DNA of 33,683 nucleotides, taken from positions 1-33,683 of the forward strand of contig LVLI01000874.1 in assembly GCA_001687465.1 (NCBI GenBank), read 5' to 3'. The DNA is from Halocafeteria seosinensis (lineage: Eukaryota). Shown here one piece after another: positions 10,199-24,249 of this stretch. A program made the position numbers and the translations under genes. Each line of letters opens with the position of its first letter. The first letter of the stretch is position 1. Below the pieces are notes generated by a model, which worked only from the letters and a program-made list of their open reading frames with translations, had not been told where the DNA came from and made no database searches.

Positions 10199-12013
10199 AT
10201 GTCGTTCCGCGAGTTGCGACGTAAGTTGCGGGTGGGATCCATTCCTTTTATACCAGATCCCACCTTTACCGATACTTTTCCGGGCTCTTTTCCTGTGTGC
10301 ATGCAGGATTTTCGGAGATCATGAGGTCCCTGGGGTACCCGAGACCGATCTCATTCGAGAGTTTCAGAGTGCCGAATTTCCCCTTGGTGGCCGACATCCT
10401 CTATTGGCTCGTTCAAAGGTGCGCGTATTACATCGCTGACATTGTGTATGCACTGTTCACCCGTGTTTCGTTGACCGGCAACCGAGTATGCTTCAGATAC
10501 GATCCGTCGGCTCACATACCGGACAGCATTGATACAGAAAATGACCGTGTCGAGTTTCTCAGCAGCGTGGTTCAGGTAAGCGTTAACATTTAATTGCATG
10601 CATTTGGAGAGGATGGACGATTGCACACACATACGCACGCATGCCTGACATTCACTCTTAAGCTTTTTGTCGTTGATAATGCCTTTGTGAATGAATGTAT
10701 GTGCAGTTGATGGCGTCGAAAGCTAGATTGACACTTAAAGCGAAGCACTTATACGCGGCGGATGGGCGGGCGGTCAAAGAACTTTTGAAGATTGCAGAAA
10801 TGCTTTACAAGTATGTGTACTGCCGTCGATGGTGTCAGGTCGGGAAAAACATGACAAAAAGACGCGAACTCCTTTTTGGATGCACTCGCAGAGCAAGAAA
10901 ATTGAATAAAGAGTCGCTCCGAAAAGGTCAAAGCACGGAAGAATTTCAGCCAGTCTCGACGGGAGCAGTGGACCAAGTTGTCGATAACAGTGATTCCAAG
11001 ACTTCGTCTTCAGAGATAACAGAACTAGGAGCCGGGTTGTATGACTTGCTGGAAAATGAAACGCAGCTCAGAGAGGCAAGGCAGAGTGCGTTACGTTTTC
11101 TGGATGCTGTAAGCGGCAATTTGGACGCGAAGGCCGAACACAAACACCTAGAGCAGAGCATCCGTGATGCAATTTCATCGACATCGGATCAAGTACGTTT
11201 CATACTGAACCATTTGGAATTAGTATAGATCACAGTATGTTTACTTTGTGGTAAACAGGTAGAGTCTTTAAAGCAACAGGTTGACGATTTGGAAAACGAT
11301 CATCAGTCCCTACAGTCGAAGGTATCCAAGAAACAGGCCGAACTTGAGCGTAATGAAAAGAGACTTGCCTCTTTACAAACAGTAAGACCGGCATTCATGG
11401 ATGAATACGAGAGACTTGAACGAGAGCTCGCAGAGGAGTATGAGGTGTACATGCAAGTACGTGGTTGTACGAGGCAAATAATCAAACCCCAATGTTTGTC
11501 TATTCTGTTACTAAGTCTTTTTCTGTGTTGCAGCGTTATCGCAATCTTGATTATCTGGAGAACCAGTTGGATGCACACAATAAACAAGAGCAAGCCAAGC
11601 TCGAAGCTAGTAATCGAGCTTTGAAGAGGTTGCAAAGAAAACTGCGTCAGAGGGATATTGAGGAGTTCAGAGGAAATGAAGCGTTTAATGAAGAGGATGC
11701 TTATTCTTCTTCTGATTCTGAGAAGTCGGAACAGGAAGGAGAGCGCCAAAAGTCCCAAGCTCCGCCGCAACGTCCTGTCAGCTCACGAGGCAGACCTGCG
11801 AGCTCCCGGGCGGGCGAAGGCCGAGTGAAGGGTTCGCTGCAGTACCAAGAAGAGGAGAGCAGCAGCGAAAGCGATTCTGATATATCTGACTCAGATATCT
11901 CCGGTGATGACGATGATAATGACGGCGAAGATGATGAAGATCTTAGTGGAAGTGAAGGGTCCTTCGGCGAGGAAGGAAGCTCAGAAAGTGAAGGAGCGAG
12001 CGAAGAGCTGTAG
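10199..12013 (+). CDS. CLUAP1: Clusterin-associated protein 1 / intraflagellar transport protein 38, ~431 aa
   Basis: Exons 10199-10220, 10307-10418, 10497-10575, 10707-10810, 10892-11192, 11259-11456, 11534-12013 (1296 nt). [95 protein letters not shown] and an acidic tail. Confidence 0.95.
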
Positions 12014-12086
12014 TGTTTAGGCATAAGTCGTCTGGATTAAAATTTTACATTACATTCGAAACCGTTCGAGAGGACTACTATACTCA

Positions 12087-15000
12087 TCAGTCTTCGTCCG
12101 AGTCAAAGGTTACCCTGGACAAAACGGCTGAAGAGGACTCACTACCGACGTCAGCGCCCGTTTGGTCTTCTTTTGTATGTGCTTGATCTGGTTGTTCAAG
12201 TGGGGGCGTGAGTACACTATGCTCGTCATTTTCTTCGAGACCATCCCCGGCCGTATCTTCTGGCTGATTCCCACTTAATTGCGCTTCAAGTATTGCAATT
12301 TCTTTTTCATAGCCCCGCTTAATATTCTTGAAGGAGTAAGCGCTCTCATCCACCTCCTCCACCGTCTCATTGTTTTGATTGACAGCACTATTCAAGTCTC
12401 TGGAAAAGGGGATATGGACAGGATCTATAGAAAACCCCGCAAGATTGGCATCAACATTTCTCGCATGGTGTTGCAGAATTTCCTGTCTCCGACGATCGAG
12501 CGATGCTTCTTCAGCTTCTAAAGACTTCAGTTTTTCCTGCTCCTTATCATTTCTTGAGTTTAGCTTTTCGACTTCTTTGAACACTCTATCTAAGTGCCTT
12601 TCTAGACGCCGCTCGATCGCTGATATATTGGAAGATATCACTCGTTTTTCTCTGTTGAGAGAGCTTTTCTGTCTATGCAACTTGTCCATTGCCTTGAGTT
12701 CATCTGTACTTACGCCGCACCTCTCGACTAAAGCCAGAGGTGACTCTGATACGATACCGTTTGTATCGTTCTGTTGGTAAGTATTGGTTTCGTCGGTGGT
12801 TCCATCTTTTCTTTGGCTGCTAGAAAAAGCTCTATCCTCGGGTAGTCTATCAGCAAACGCATACGGCGATTTCCTCTGAGGGGAAGGATAACGTCCTCGG
12901 CAATTCCCACCTGCTGTCTGAGGCCGACGTTGTGACCCAACAGATCTATCGGCACCCGACGGCTGTGACGCACTCCTTGGCCGAGTCGTGGATTCTCTAG
13001 GAGCCCTTCCTTTTACCCGGATTCTCTTCACACTATGCGGCGGTAGGTTCGCCGGAAAAATATTGATACCCAGCCCCTCCGTGATCTTATTAAACGTCTC
13101 TAGGGCTTCGGATGTGGACACACCACGACGGCTAAGCTGCCACAAATGATGCGCTGCCACTCGGCGAACGGTCAAGGTTGCATTTTGCCAAATTTCGAAG
13201 CTTGATTGTGCTCGCTGTTTGTACTCAGTAACTTCTTGTGCAGCGTCCGCTTTTGCCATTAACAGCGATCGGAGTTGTGAATGCATTGAAACCGTACGCA
13301 TGCGCAGGCTTCGCAAGCGCTTTTTAGCATCTTTTGAAGATGCCTTTTTCTTTGTACCGGGTGCCTGTTTGGGAGCCTTCTTCGCCTCAGCCCTCTTCGG
13401 AATTTCCAAACCGAGACCAAAATTACCGGTGATTGCAGCCAGTGACGCCGAAGTTTTCGAGATTACATCATCGACATCATATCCATCCGGAGGATATCCC
13501 ATCTGTTTAGTTTGTTCAAACTGAATTGTCTCTGTTGAATTGGCATACTGGTTAGTGGAGCTTTGATTTTCCGAATACCCCATTGACCATTTCGCCTCCG
13601 CTTCGTACTGGTCCAGAATCTGGAAAGGACTGCCATGGCGAAGAATTTTCAATCTTTCTTTCATTTGTTCTCGCTGCTTTGATGTCTTATGAGCACTTTT
13701 CTTCTGTTGTATTCTAAGTCTTCTTTCCATAAGTTGCAGCTTCGACGCTACCGCGTCAGCTTGATTTCTCTTAGTCTGCGCTCGAACCGTGGCAGAACGA
13801 AGCCCTGCAGTCTCCGCTCTCAAGTCCATAATCTTTCGTCTTAATCGCTTCAAACATTTTGTTTCATCCGTATCACTTGTATCTTCTTCTGTCACACTTG
13901 ATAGCTCCTCCAGCTGATTTTCCCACTCTTTTCCGGGTGACGAGCGGGGCGAAACCTGAACGTCCTTGGTGCCCCTAGATGGTTTTGCAGAGGTTGGACG
14001 TCTAAGAGTCTTCGAGCGTTGCCCCCTTTGTTGGCGGCTTCCAGCCGAGGTGTTTCTCGGAGCGCTAGTGGGTCGACGACGCGACCGTTGCTCCCCCCAT
14101 GGTGCTTCCTTCGGTCGCTTTGTTTCTTCTTGTTCCCTACTATCGTCCGTTTTCTTATCACCGCTGCGATGCATTTCGGCTCCGGAGGCTTGCTCCTCGG
14201 TTGTCTGTTGCATAGAGCTTATCGCAAAGTCACGTCCTTCAAAGGGGATCGTAGCAGGGCTTGAAGTAGGGATATCGGTTTCGGTGTAGTGACAGAGACG
14301 ATTTCCTGTTGACAATTCGATTTCATATCCCGAAGAATCAATCGGAATCATCCTCGCGAAAACATTTAGAAAGGAAACTATGCGACTATCTGAAGAACTG
14401 ACAGGTTTTTTTCCCTTTGCATATCGAATCATTGTCGACACAGATGTACTTGCATCCCAGATTGGGATCCAAAAGTAAGCGTTCTCTCCAGCTTCTTGTA
14501 ATGCTGTCAGAGGTAGCCAACCGATGCCAACTGTATATGACTGTGAAGTTTCGTCGGAAAAAACGTCAAATCGAAGATACTCCTTTTGCCTTGGTACACC
14601 CTGCTGCAAGGCCTTCTCTGAAAAAAGATCGTTCACATCGCCCCAGTCATCCTTGTCGTCCAGCCTTTCGACAAACTGGGCACCTTTCCACTCCAGAGTT
14701 TGATGGTCAAAAGGAATAGACTCAGTTGTATAAAGGGTCTTCGATTGCTCTCTAACGCCATGACTTTTAATTGAATATCGGACACAAAGCACCACCTTGA
14801 CAGATATTGTAGGTTGAACGTCTTCAACGCCTTGTGTTAGCATCTCTCGGAGGCGCCTTCTTTGTATTTCGGGAGAAAAAATGTTTCTGCCGACTGTTTG
14901 CAAAAGATAAATACCGGTTGCGAGTGCGAACGACCCTTGTAGGGCAGATGCCTGCTCTGCAACCTCATTACCCTCCTTGCTCCGTTGCTGCTCGTACGAG

Positions 15001-15560
15001 CTGGAAAATCCGCCGGATACAGGTGAAGAGAATTGAGCAGCACGCTTTCTGTCTTCATCAACTACTTGTGCCATTCTCTCTCTAAGCTGGTCCATTTCAT
15101 GGGTGCTGTCCTTAATAGAACGCTGGCTACCGTGGTGGAAACTGGACAATCCTTGTTTGGAGGGACTTACGGCTGAAGCTGAAGTTGGCAGAGAACTACC
15201 CCCGTCAGCCCACGTCTCTCGGGTATCATCGTTGGAAAACAACTCCTCCTCTTTCGTCTCCCTGTCGGAGTGTTGCCCCGTTTCTGCACGATATGAAACA
15301 TTGTGGCTCACTATTTGTGGTCGGGCCGTCGTTTCATGATGATGACGGTGTTGAGCACCGTGCTCCGGCTCATTTAGTTTACCTTCCGCGCCACCATTCT
15401 CCCATGCTAAAGATTCAACCTCCTCCTCTTGTAGACGGGACCTTCCGGCGGCCGACTCTTTTCGTGTGGAGGATGAGGAGACTGATTGTGATTCCGAGGC
15501 CGTAAATCCCGGGTCGCGCCGGAGACGTTGGAGCTGATTCCCAGGTCGTTGCGCGCTCAT
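12087..15560 (-). CDS. Large hypothetical protein (1157 aa): disordered N-terminus, probable C2-like domain, coiled coils
   Basis: 3474-nt ORF without stops. The segment KTLYTTESIP..LEW..F..YLRFDVFS..VGIGWLPL..L..FWIPI resembles a C2 beta-sandwich; heptad-rich K/E/R stretches follow. Confidence 0.8.
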   Translation of the reverse strand: MSAQRPGNQLQRLRRDPGFTASESQSVSSSSTRKESAAGRSRLQEEEVESLAWENGGAEGKLNEPEHGAQHRHHHETTARPQIVSHNVSYRAETGQHSDRETKEEELFSNDDTRETWADGGSSLPTSASAVSPSKQGLSSFHHGSQRSIKDSTHEMDQLRERMAQVVDEDRKRAAQFSSPVSGGFSSSYEQQRSKEGNEVAEQASALQGSFALATGIYLLQTVGRNIFSPEIQRRRLREMLTQGVEDVQPTISVKVVLCVRYSIKSHGVREQSKTLYTTESIPFDHQTLEWKGAQFVERLDDKDDWGDVNDLFSEKALQQGVPRQKEYLRFDVFSDETSQSYTVGIGWLPLTALQEAGENAYFWIPIWDASTSVSTMIRYAKGKKPVSSSDSRIVSFLNVFARMIPIDSSGYEIELSTGNRLCHYTETDIPTSSPATIPFEGRDFAISSMQQTTEEQASGAEMHRSGDKKTDDSREQEETKRPKEAPWGEQRSRRRPTSAPRNTSAGSRQQRGQRSKTLRRPTSAKPSRGTKDVQVSPRSSPGKEWENQLEELSSVTEEDTSDTDETKCLKRLRRKIMDLRAETAGLRSATVRAQTKRNQADAVASKLQLMERRLRIQQKKSAHKTSKQREQMKERLKILRHGSPFQILDQYEAEAKWSMGYSENQSSTNQYANSTETIQFEQTKQMGYPPDGYDVDDVISKTSASLAAITGNFGLGLEIPKRAEAKKAPKQAPGTKKKASSKDAKKRLRSLRMRTVSMHSQLRSLLMAKADAAQEVTEYKQRAQSSFEIWQNATLTVRRVAAHHLWQLSRRGVSTSEALETFNKITEGLGINIFPANLPPHSVKRIRVKGRAPRESTTRPRSASQPSGADRSVGSQRRPQTAGGNCRGRYPSPQRKSPYAFADRLPEDRAFSSSQRKDGTTDETNTYQQNDTNGIVSESPLALVERCGVSTDELKAMDKLHRQKSSLNREKRVISSNISAIERRLERHLDRVFKEVEKLNSRNDKEQEKLKSLEAEEASLDRRRQEILQHHARNVDANLAGFSIDPVHIPFSRDLNSAVNQNNETVEEVDESAYSFKNIKRGYEKEIAILEAQLSGNQPEDTAGDGLEENDEHSVLTPPLEQPDQAHTKEDQTGADVGSESSSAVLSRVTFDSDED

Positions 15561-18133
15561 TGTTCCATCTAGTTCACTCTCTATCTTTCCCCACTTTCAC
15601 GGCGTTCTCATATTCTATTTGTATGGAAATTCATCGACCATGTGAATAGAGAAGGTCCATGTAATCTACCTAACGACGCCTTCCGGGAGGACGACAACAC
15701 CGTTATTCACCCATCTCTGATGACACTCCCAGATAGGATATCAACATGAAGGACTCCCCCAAGATGTACAATACATAGCTATCTATAACTCACAAACACG
15801 CTTCACTGGGTGAACACAGCGCTCTCTTGGGTCCATTCTGTTGAACGCGCGCTTTCTACTCCGTGGTCCGGACCGGAAGGCCTTAAGTTACGGTCGGACC
15901 CATAATACAAAGATTAGCCTAATCTGATTAGGTGATAATAAGCACATAATTTCTTTCATCTACAGTTATATTATATTCACCTGGTATCAACAGTGTGGAA
16001 TCGGATTCTTCGCGGTCTTGGTCAATAGATGTGGCCTCGTTGCCACTTCAGCACATGTTGGTACAATACAGTTATGTGGACTACCAACCAGTATTGTTTA
16101 CAGGTGTTTGCGCACTTCAAAAGGACCCCGTTTCTTTATTCCATCTGGTAAGCCATATTTTCCTGTCTACGAGGGTCTTTGTGTGTTCTTGTTCGTCCAC
16201 TTCTCTTTGAACATTTGGACATGAAAGAATAATGGCGAAAGAGAACGCACAGAGTCTCCAGAACCAGAGGGCTTTATACCAGACCATCTAACGTGAATGC
16301 GAAACGACGTTGCAATCCAAAGAGGAACCCCAACCAATGGGCTTGACGACTTCAGGAAATGGATTAGTGGGACAGCGACATCCCACGTCAGGCGGGTGCA
16401 TGTCAGTGGTTGCAACTGCTTCGTCTGTCCAGGGACCCCTGGTTGCGCTGCTGCAACCGGTCCTGCTGTCGCCGTGGCAGGCACAGGGCCGTCTCCTCCC
16501 AGGCTAAGCTTGTCGGCAATCCTAGCGCCATCCCCGATGTCTCCTGAGCATACCAGTGTTGCGTTCCCCCACGGTGCATGTTAGCGAGGCTGGAGGAACA
16601 GCGGACGGGCCGCTGCTTAATACGGGAGCATACCGCTCTTCGTTAAGACGATGCGGTCAACTTCCTGGCGGACGGGCTATCTTATCACATGTGTGTGTGT
16701 TTGTGTGTGTATGTGTTCATCTACCACCGTTCGAATTTCGAGACCAGGCAACGATAGTGAAAGGAAGCGGTGGAGGAAACAAAGGTTACGTTTAACGAGA
16801 TGGTATTGGTCATAATTGCATTACGAAGGCAAAAGAGTTCGGGGGAAAACATCAAGCGCTAGGATGGCATGTTGCCAAAACAATGTTGCGTGAGACTTTC
16901 TTTAGATCTGACCGAAGCAAAGCCATTTGAAGGAGAAAGCATTGATATCGAAGCATCTCCTGCTGGCCGATGGGAAAATTCCATTTATGATAATAGTTGC
17001 CCACTTGTCCAGGAAAACAAACAACTTGTTTGAGTGATGGGAGTAACTTTAGCAAACAGTGACAAGATTATTGATAAAATTGACTCTTCCAAGGTGCACT
17101 GGACAACGTAAGCCGCAACACACTTCACTAGGACAAGAAAGACGCAGAGGTAGATGAAGGTACGGTTGACGAAGACGATAAGTCGAGCTGTTAGGTAACA
17201 GTGCATTACTGTCGTTCTTACACAGTCGGATGACATTTTCCTGGACCATATCATTGGGGGAACAAACACTCATAAGGAACTGCGGTAGTTTCGAAAACAG
17301 TCCACGGGAATTGTTACTGTTTTGGTACCATATAGCTGAGAGAAAAAGCGGGTCCCATGGAGGACATACCACGTGATTGGGGTCCACTAAATTCCGAGCA
17401 GAAGCTTCTTTACAATAGTCTTGTGGACTTGGTTTCTTGATGGAAACGGACGAACGTAAAAAAGCGTACAATTGTAGTACCATGGTACCTGTTCGAACAA
17501 TCCACTTGGGCACTACCGCTGGCCTGACTACATATGCGCCCCCGTAGCGTGTTTTCACAATAACTCTTGCGGTACGGCAAATACAACATGAACTTCGGTG
17601 CACCAGTGTTACCTTAGTACAGTCGTTCAGGAATGTTGCACGGCCATTTTGCAAGTTCGACGAAAAACGAGGTGTTACCTACTAACAAGTTTGTACCTTG
17701 AACGACGGTAATACATCATGATACACACCCTCCACACTCTGCACACTGACATTGTGTCACTAACCTGTCAAACCAAACCAAATCTCACAAGTCTTGTGTG
17801 GTACAATACCTATATTCGAGCAAAAAGTCCTCTTAGGTGCGTCGGCAGGCGAGTTTGCCCGGTTGCCAATGTGAACTTGATAGCTTTGCTCACAGGCGGC
17901 CACCGCGGGCTTTCAAAGTTTCAACAATGTACGGAAGCGGCTATTGTTAAAAAAAATATTAAGGTTGTTAAACGTTAGTATATGAGTTGGTAGAGGAAAG
18001 TTGAGGTGCAATTGCGTATCGAATACACTGCATAGCTTTCCGAGGTGCCCTTCACAAGCATGAGAACACGTTCTACGGTAGGTTCCAGAGAACATATATA
18101 GAGGACGATAGGAATACGACATATTTAATAGTC

Positions 18134-19030
18134 ATGCCTTCTGAAGAACAAAGGAGAAACCAACACGCACAAAGTGGCGACGACATCGAAGTTGTTGTAG
18201 AAGATGACGAGCAGAAAGGACGGGAAGGTGACGGTGGAGGACTCCCGGAGACATCTTCCAGGGCGGCTCTGAAGCCACATCTTTCGATTAAATCGGTAAA
18301 ACAGACAGGCGATTCCTCCGATACACCCGCAGCAGGTTCATTCAACGTTGATAGCGCTACATCAGGGTCGGCAGACGAAGAAACCCCGGACAGTGAGCAG
18401 CACCATCCGTTCCATGGAACTCGAGGGAAAGCAGACAATGAAGAGAGTGAGGCAGTAAGAGAAACCAAAGCCTTTCTTTCCAAGTGGAAGGGAAAACCTG
18501 GAGCCAAGTCGCCCCCGCGAGCTTCCGATGTTGAGGTCGCCGTTGCGTCAATCGGTGGATTTGTAGGAATTGGGAGCGTCGCTGCCCTACACTTCCATTT
18601 GCCGTTCAATGAGCAGGTCGTAATAGCTTCTTTCGCTGCTTCAGCCGTGCTCTTGTACGGGGCGCCGAATGCCCCACTTGCTCAGCCACGGAACTTCATT
18701 TTGGGTCATTATGTGTCAGCTTTGACGGGGATTGTGCTTCGGTTCTTTCTCTATCATCTCCTGGAGGATCATTCCGAAAATTTGCTTGGCTTATTCAGCG
18801 GGATCGGGTGTGGTCTGTCGATATTCCTAATGATGATGACTAAATCCCTTCATCCGCCGGGAGCAGCGACTACGCTGATCGTGCTGTGGCTGAAACCTGA
18901 CTTGATTGATTGGCACGGTTTCTGGTTCCTAATATTCCCTTTGGCACCGGCTTGCGCCATAATGCTTCTTGTGGCTCTTATTGTTAACAACGTTCCAGAG
19001 AGCAAGCGGTATCCCCAGTGGTGGTGGTGA
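18134..19030 (+). CDS. HPP-family integral membrane protein with acidic disordered N-terminal extension, 298 aa
   Basis: IASFAASAVLLYGAPNAPLAQPRNFILGH, SLHPPGAAT and C-terminal NN...RYPQWW; several hydrophobic helices; intronless. Confidence 0.92.
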   Translation: MPSEEQRRNQHAQSGDDIEVVVEDDEQKGREGDGGGLPETSSRAALKPHLSIKSVKQTGDSSDTPAAGSFNVDSATSGSADEETPDSEQHHPFHGTRGKADNEESEAVRETKAFLSKWKGKPGAKSPPRASDVEVAVASIGGFVGIGSVAALHFHLPFNEQVVIASFAASAVLLYGAPNAPLAQPRNFILGHYVSALTGIVLRFFLYHLLEDHSENLLGLFSGIGCGLSIFLMMMTKSLHPPGAATTLIVLWLKPDLIDWHGFWFLIFPLAPACAIMLLVALIVNNVPESKRYPQWWW

Positions 19031-19705
19031 ACACATGCATGGACTTGGGTGCTAGACATCAACTTGGCACAGCACTCTTGTGTACAGCTGTACAGCTTGA
19101 ACATTGTTTGCCATCTTCACATTCACTTATTCATGATAGCTACTGGAGGACTCATTTCGTCGATAGGCGACTAGATCCGAGGCATTTCCGAATCTAACTC
19201 CCAAAATCAAGCTGGACGTCGCAATTGACGAGTTTGGTTCGACCGACCAGCGCTTCGGGAAGCTCCACGTGACGATTTCCGGGGCGTCATGCAAGGTCAT
19301 GTTGGTATTTACACTCTCCGTTTGGAGTTGGTCTTTTCTGGGGAATCGTTTATGTATGAATCCTTAGTGTTGACGGGACTCAGTTGTCAGCTGGTGGTCC
19401 GCTCTCGGAGTAGATTCGTCATTCAATCCCTCGTTCGCCCCATACAATGTTTTCTCAGGCACTGATTTGGGGAACATTGGTCACATTTACTGCCTCGTCA
19501 ATTCGTGACACAGTGGCCCACACGAGTCAACTAAGTGCCTGACTCCCCCCGGGCGTCACTTCAAGTGAAGTAGTTCCTACACAATTGCGTTCCTGTAGAG
19601 GGTTGGCAGTGTCTTTTTTGTTTCTTTTCAAAACAAGCACAAAGTAGATATATCTTTTAAGTTCCACCTAGGAGTATTAAATATTCTTGAGAGAAACACA
19701 CAACA

Positions 19706-22504
<2,799 letters not shown>

Positions 22505-22653
22505 AATGGGTGATTCATGTAATATGTACGCGAAATCTAGCTATGGGTATCAGGCAAGCCGTAGATAGTAGCTGGCTAGCAAAAGTGTTACCCTTTCAAT
22601 TGTCTTGTTAATACATTTTTCTTCGGTCAGGAGCCTCTCTAGTAGTATTTAGA

Positions 22654-23291
22654 CTAATGTGGTAGTACTTCTTTCAGTGCTACCGGTAGTGGTTCTTCAT
22701 TAACGCGGTCACATACTTCGCGAGCGAATGACTTCTCCCCTATTTTGAAGCGAGAAAACGTGAACCCTGGTGAGCACGTGCACCCTGCGAGACTGTAGCC
22801 TTTCCTTTCAGGGGAAGGGTGTGTGCTGCATTTCTCAGCCGGCACGGCCCCAAACCATCTTCCTGCGGGAACTACATGCGATGGAACGGCATCGCTGTGT
22901 CTGTCACCAGTTAACAGAGGATTGCCGACCTTAGTCTGATGTACAGTATACTTGTTTTCGTCTTGCTTCCACTCCAGTTCTACCACGATAATGGGATCGC
23001 CGTCGTAGAAATGCCACATTTCATCGGCATCGCTGACGTTGTGCAAGCGCGACACGTCATTTTCTCCAAGCAAATAGTAAATCCCAGTCATTGTCGGTAC
23101 CTCCTCTGTCTCTCCGGAAAAAGACCCTGCAACACGCAAGTTGAGTCATCTTTGAACAGACACAGGGGATCGCTCGGCTTTAACGTCTTGAACTTACTCG
23201 CCGAGACTTTGGGATTCGACGCATACGTCTCTACGAAATACCCTCCTTCTGGATGGGCCTGAAGATTCAATTTTTTCATCCAGTAATCCAT
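22654..23291 (-). CDS. Cupin superfamily protein (DUF985 / Cupin_5 type), ~188 aa
   Basis: Exons 23291-23198 and 23126-22654. LNLQAHPEGGYFVETY, TGIYYLL, SRLH..ADEMWHFYDGDP, VVPAGRWFGA and YSLAGCTCSPGFTF. Confidence 0.9.
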
Positions 23292-23543
23292 TGCTCCGTT
23301 CGTTCTTGCTGACGCTGTGTGTCGTGCCAGCCTGTCGCTACTGTATATCAATGCTGCTGTTGTACACCCATGGAGTGACGGGCGACGGAATGAATGGGGC
23401 AATACAACATTCTAGTATAATATCGAAAACAACAATTCCTTCATCTTTGCTGTGTTCAAATTACCACTACAACGGCTTCGAACAAGCAAGCGGCCTCCGA
23501 CCGGTCGCAGGAACACGTGGGGATAATACGGTATGATTCATAC

Positions 23544-24151
23544 CTAGGCTAGAAATGGTAATCCAGCACTACGTGGAATGGATACTGAACTGAAGCGCGG
23601 TTGGACGAATGAAAGTATGGTGATGTTGACCAGGAACATACTGTTCGCATCCAATTGCATATCACTACACTGTACGGGCTGATACTGTGTCAAACCAGAG
23701 CAGTTCGCATTAAACACCGGTGGGCTATCTGTCACATTTGTGTGTGTGGATACTGTGTGTTGTTCAAACTTGAATGCAACACGTTCCAAATTATTATCGT
23801 TGCGTAATGTAATACTACTTGGAGCATGCACCTCAAAGAATAAATACCCCTGCATCAGGGATTGCTCATGCTCCACTAACTGTTTACTTGTTGACGATGT
23901 AATTCGCGTGTAACCCTTGTACAATTGTTGTACAACAAACAAAGGTACCGCATCATTTGCATCCAATTTCCCTTCTTCGGGCCATGCTCCTGGTCACAAC
24001 TTCGGCTTTCCGTTACTAAGACGTCCATGAAAACGGTATGACATGCTGTATTGTACGGACAACTTGCATAAACAATGGGTGATTTGATTCCGTCCGATCC
24101 GAATCGACTCCTCATTGAAGTTGAAGTGCGACCGCGGCCGTTTACGTCCAT
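23544..24151 (-). CDS. Possible small spliced hypothetical gene divergent from the NlpC/P60-like gene
   Basis: Two overlapping minus-strand ORFs (24196-23876 and 23966-23544) could be joined through a GT donor after ..WMQMMR; no family recognised and splice sites are uncertain. Confidence 0.25.
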
Positions 24152-24249
24152 TATCAATTCTATATGCAGTGTAGTATAGTTGGGTAAGGAAAACATGCCT
24201 TGGGAGAATCAGTAGTCTGACATGCTGTTGTCTTAGGGAATTAAAGAAA

